Positions 60,746-64,000 of a stretch of 64,000 bases of DNA are shown here, one piece after another. This stretch comes from an uncultured Acidobacteriota bacterium (GTDB taxonomy: Bacteria; Acidobacteriota; JAQAZP01), in the NCBI GenBank assembly GCA_963836075.1, contig CAWIIB010000009.1, positions 1,760,001 to 1,824,000 on the forward strand. Reading direction: 5' to 3'. Positions within the stretch are counted from its first letter, which is position 1. Each line of letters begins with the position of its first letter. The position numbers were made by a program, and so were the translations under genes. The notes under the pieces are model-generated. The model was given only the letters and a program-made list of their open reading frames with translations, ran no database searches and was not told where the DNA came from.

Positions 60746-61579
60746 GTGCGCCCGAATCAGATGTTGGATCAAATGAGACTGCTGCACGGGCCGGCAACGG
60801 CTCTGATCTTCTGCATGGTCCTGGCCGGCTGCCAGGATAGGACTCCGCAGGATGTGGAGCTGGAGCTTCCGCCACCCGAACTCTTCACCTGGACCACGGG
60901 ACAGCCGGTCTCCTTCTCGCCACCGCCGGATACCTGGAATCGCTCCCGATACCAGAACGGCGGGGCGGAGGGCGCGAGCTACGTCCTGGCCGGCTCCAAA
61001 GGCGAGCAGATCCTCGTCGCCGAGCGCTTTTTTCTGGGCCGGCGCGATCGCTGCGCGAAGCTGAAGGAGATCCTGGAGAAGATGCAGGACTACGACCGTT
61101 CCAGCTTTGTTAGCGCCGTCGGCATGGCGCGGCTTTACGATCGCGAACCCTATAATGGCCATGAGAAACGAACCGTCGCCGCGGTCAACGAAACCCTGGA
61201 ACGGGCCAATGAAGCATTCCAGCAGGCGGACACCACGGCGGCGCGTTTGGATCTGGAGTGGGCACTGGAACAGGCCGCCACGATCCGATACACCGTGGAG
61301 GAAACGGTGGAGGAGGTCCTCTTTACCCGCGAGAAGAACACGGTCTACCCGGCGCTCCGGGTGGACGAGCCAGTCCCGGGCGAGGTGGCTGGTGAGCGGG
61401 CGCTGGTGGTGGGCTTCACCTTCCAGGGTCACGGAACGCCGATGGTCGGGCGCAGAGTCTACGTGGTGAAGAACAACCGCATGTTCGAGTTCGGCTTCCA
61501 GGGCCTCCAGGGGAACCTGGCGCTGTTCGAAAAGGTCCTCGATTCGGTGACCTTTCCGCCGGGAGCGTGCGAACATTGA
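60746..61579 (+). CDS. Lipoprotein, unknown function
   Basis: Lipobox VLAGC; the start may be 60758 or 60773. Confidence 0.75.
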   Translation: MRPNQMLDQMRLLHGPATALIFCMVLAGCQDRTPQDVELELPPPELFTWTTGQPVSFSPPPDTWNRSRYQNGGAEGASYVLAGSKGEQILVAERFFLGRRDRCAKLKEILEKMQDYDRSSFVSAVGMARLYDREPYNGHEKRTVAAVNETLERANEAFQQADTTAARLDLEWALEQAATIRYTVEETVEEVLFTREKNTVYPALRVDEPVPGEVAGERALVVGFTFQGHGTPMVGRRVYVVKNNRMFEFGFQGLQGNLALFEKVLDSVTFPPGACEH

Positions 61580-62331
61580 GACGATTCGGCCCAGCCATCA
61601 CCCTGATCTGCCTGTTGGCCACTGCCTGTGAGCGCGTGCCGGAGCCCCCGCCCTCCCCGACCCGGGTCGATATCGGCATCCACGAAATCTCGTTCCTTGT
61701 TCCGCAGGGGTGGGAGCACCTGGACCACGGCCGGGAGCATCGATTTCACCGTGAGCTTTCGCAGATCTCCGCGGCCGACCTGGGGCCGGTGACTCGCGAA
61801 GGCTATCTGAGGGATCTGCGCCGCGCCTACCAGCTTTTCCGCGAGGATCGCATCGACGATGCGGATGCCCACGTCGGTGGTCTGGATTTGTCACCGGCAT
61901 TCCCCGAGGGGAAGCCGCGAAATGAGTTTCTCGAGTCGTGGCGGAAGGCCCTGGACGGGGGGCGCTCCACCAGCATTTCCTGGGGGGATGCCCAGATCGC
62001 CTGGGAGTACATCCTGGAAGAAGTCGAGTTCCTCCCCGACTCCGCCCCCGACCTGGCGACCCTCGTCAAGGACTTGTTTCCATCGATCGAGACCGCGGCA
62101 CACCGCGAGATCGGCGCGCAAAATCCGGTGGAACTGTCCGGTCGGCCGGCGATCCGGATCGAGACGTGGGACCGTTTGAGCCACGACCACCGCCAGTCCT
62201 ATATCTTCGTGCTCAACGAGGAGAACCTGTTCCTGCTCCGGATGGAAATGGGGCCATACGCCGAGATGAAACCGGCATTCGAGGCGCTTGCGGGCTCGTT
62301 GGCGTTTCACTCCGCGTCGTCCGCCTCGTAA
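61567..62331 (+). CDS. Lipoprotein, unknown function
   Basis: Lipobox-like LATAC; overlaps the upstream stop. Confidence 0.75.
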   Translation: MRTLRRFGPAITLICLLATACERVPEPPPSPTRVDIGIHEISFLVPQGWEHLDHGREHRFHRELSQISAADLGPVTREGYLRDLRRAYQLFREDRIDDADAHVGGLDLSPAFPEGKPRNEFLESWRKALDGGRSTSISWGDAQIAWEYILEEVEFLPDSAPDLATLVKDLFPSIETAAHREIGAQNPVELSGRPAIRIETWDRLSHDHRQSYIFVLNEENLFLLRMEMGPYAEMKPAFEALAGSLAFHSASSAS

Positions 62332-63470
62332 CGAAGGAGCTTCTGCGACCCGTCGTCCGGGCCACGCCGCTGCTGCTCGCCCACGGCCCAGGCGTGCCGC
62401 TCGTCCAGGACGTGGATCGACAGCATCGCCTCGGACCCGACCCGCGCCTGCTCGCTCCACGTTTCCCCGGCGTCCGAGGTCCAGAGGACCACAGCCGTGC
62501 CGTTGTCGCGCTCGAAGCCCACGACCCAGCCGCGCATCCCGTCGAGGAAGTCGACGTCGGTCAGGGTGTCACGGACGCCGCTGTTCTGGTGCTCCCAGCC
62601 ATTGCCCCCGTCCGTGGTGTGCAGGATGGTGCCGTTGTCGCCCACCGCCCACCCCTCCAGGCGATCGACGAAGTCCACGCCCCGCAGGTGCGGATTCTCC
62701 GATCGCTGCTCCTGGAGAAGCTCCCAGCTCTCGCCGCCGTCGCTGCTGCGGCGAATCAACCCGTGCCTCCCCACCAGCCAGCCGCGGTCCGGGTCCACGT
62801 AGGACAGAGCCTGACCGTGAGTGGGGCTGGACTTCCTGGCCTCGGGATCAAGCACCAGCGGCCCCCTCCACGTTTCGCCACCGTCCACCGTCCGCACCAG
62901 GCCGCCGCTGCCGATGGCCCAGCCGTGTCTGTGGTCCACGAACTGCAGGTCCTGCAGGTGGGCCCAGACCCGGGTGTCTGACGGGACCCGGTGCCACTGA
63001 ATCCCGCCGTCTATGGTGCGGAGAATCTGGAAGCCGTCTCCGACGATGATGCCGGTCTGCTCGTCCAGGAACCAGATGGCGTTGAGGTGGAAGCTGGTGG
63101 CCCGCCTTGAGGGCCGGCTGAGCCCGCTGTCGAACCTCCACGTCCGACCGCCGTCGGTGGTGCCGCCGAGGATTCCGCCCTCGATGTTGATGCCTCCACC
63201 GACGATCCAGCCACGCTGCTCGTCCAGGAAGAACACGTCCCGGAACGTGGCTTGCGTGCCCAGTTCCTGCACCACCCAGCGCACGGAAGGCTCTTCTTCC
63301 TTATCCACGGCGCAGGCCGAGAGCAGGAGAGTGGAGATGATTGCGACGAGGAGAACTCTCAAAACGAATCCGGAATCTGTTCGCCATGATGCACCGTCCT
63401 CCACCAGCCACCCTCCCCGCAGGGGAGCGGAATATCCTTGTATCTCATTGTTTTCGGAATATTGGAGCAC
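62307..63470 (-). CDS. YCF48-like BNR/Asp-box propeller lipoprotein (true start probably downstream, near 63362)
   Basis: Repeated F.D...GW.VG..G.I..T.DGG.TW; lipobox LSAC. Confidence 0.85.
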   Translation of the reverse strand: MLQYSENNEIQGYSAPLRGGWLVEDGASWRTDSGFVLRVLLVAIISTLLLSACAVDKEEEPSVRWVVQELGTQATFRDVFFLDEQRGWIVGGGINIEGGILGGTTDGGRTWRFDSGLSRPSRRATSFHLNAIWFLDEQTGIIVGDGFQILRTIDGGIQWHRVPSDTRVWAHLQDLQFVDHRHGWAIGSGGLVRTVDGGETWRGPLVLDPEARKSSPTHGQALSYVDPDRGWLVGRHGLIRRSSDGGESWELLQEQRSENPHLRGVDFVDRLEGWAVGDNGTILHTTDGGNGWEHQNSGVRDTLTDVDFLDGMRGWVVGFERDNGTAVVLWTSDAGETWSEQARVGSEAMLSIHVLDERHAWAVGEQQRRGPDDGSQKLLRYEADDAE

Positions 63471-63557
63471 GGAATCAATGCACGAGCGTTGTGATTTTTC
63501 CGTTCATTCGATGTTCAATCGGGCAAAACCGAGGCCCGCCACACTTTCCGGAAAGCA

Positions 63558-64000
63558 CTAAATCGTCAAGCGGATGGAGCCGTAGGGGGACGGGGAGTGT
63601 GCCAGGTCCTGACCCAACTCCAGGTCGAACTCCGGCTCGCCCACGGTGACGATGCCCAGATGGCCGTCCACGGTGACCAGGTCGCCGTCTGCGAGGAGCT
63701 CCGCGGCCTGGCGCACGCCGTTGACGCAGGGGATGCCCAGCTCGCGGGCGATGATCGCGCCGTGGATCAGCATGCCGCCGCGCCGCTCGACGATGGCGCC
63801 GGCCAGCGGCACGAGGTGGGTCATCGTGGGCTGGATCGCGTCGCAGACCAGGACCTCGCCCCGCCGGAAAGCCCCAGGTCCTCCGCGTCCGCGGATGCAG
63901 CGCACCAGCCCGGTGGCCAGCCCCGGCGAGGCCGGCTGGCCGACCAGCTGCCGCGGCGTCTCGCCCGGGCGCGTGCGCTGACGGCCGGCGTCTCGCGGCC
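63558..64000 (-). CDS. C-terminal PEP-utilising phosphohistidine swivel domain (gene continues beyond the window)
   Basis: GQPASPG, GEVLVC, GGMLIHGAIIARELGIPCV, VDGHLG. Confidence 0.85.
   Translation of the reverse strand, partial: PRDAGRQRTRPGETPRQLVGQPASPGLATGLVRCIRGRGGPGAFRRGEVLVCDAIQPTMTHLVPLAGAIVERRGGMLIHGAIIARELGIPCVNGVRQAAELLADGDLVTVDGHLGIVTVGEPEFDLELGQDLAHSPSPYGSIRLTI

Noticed and set aside
63558-64000. Specific call as PEP synthase or rifampicin phosphotransferase
   Set aside because: Only the C-terminal swivel domain is inside the window.

Overview
GC-rich bacterial DNA with no rRNA, tRNA, CRISPR array or transposase that I can support. The window is dominated by secreted proteins with unrelated N-terminal domains joined to one of two conserved C-terminal modules. 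Tail A (about 330 aa, six FG-GAP-like repeats) is on 6 genes. Tail B (about 120 aa, ending QDVTPAPYNQPPYxPxGDT) is on 2 genes. An orphaned tail B end lies just behind the stop codon of a tail A gene, which suggests the modules get swapped. One tail B protein is split by an in-frame TGA in a C-P-G-TGA context followed by a SECIS-like hairpin, making it a candidate secreted selenoprotein. Other notable items: a membrane-anchored Clp/Hsp100 ATPase with a C-terminal release factor 2-like region lacking GGQ; a glycan-modification cluster; an acyl/aryl-CoA catabolic cluster (Mo hydroxylase, SDR, thiolase, two crotonases, a three-domain CoA ligase fusion, a two-domain KamA-like radical SAM enzyme); a partial duplication of the KamA-like 3' end flanking a 3.6 kb cassette; and a citrate synthase pair in which one copy lacks catalytic residues. 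Six +1 frameshifts can all be read as single-base duplications and are probably sequencing or consensus errors. All family calls come from motif recognition by eye; no searches were run.
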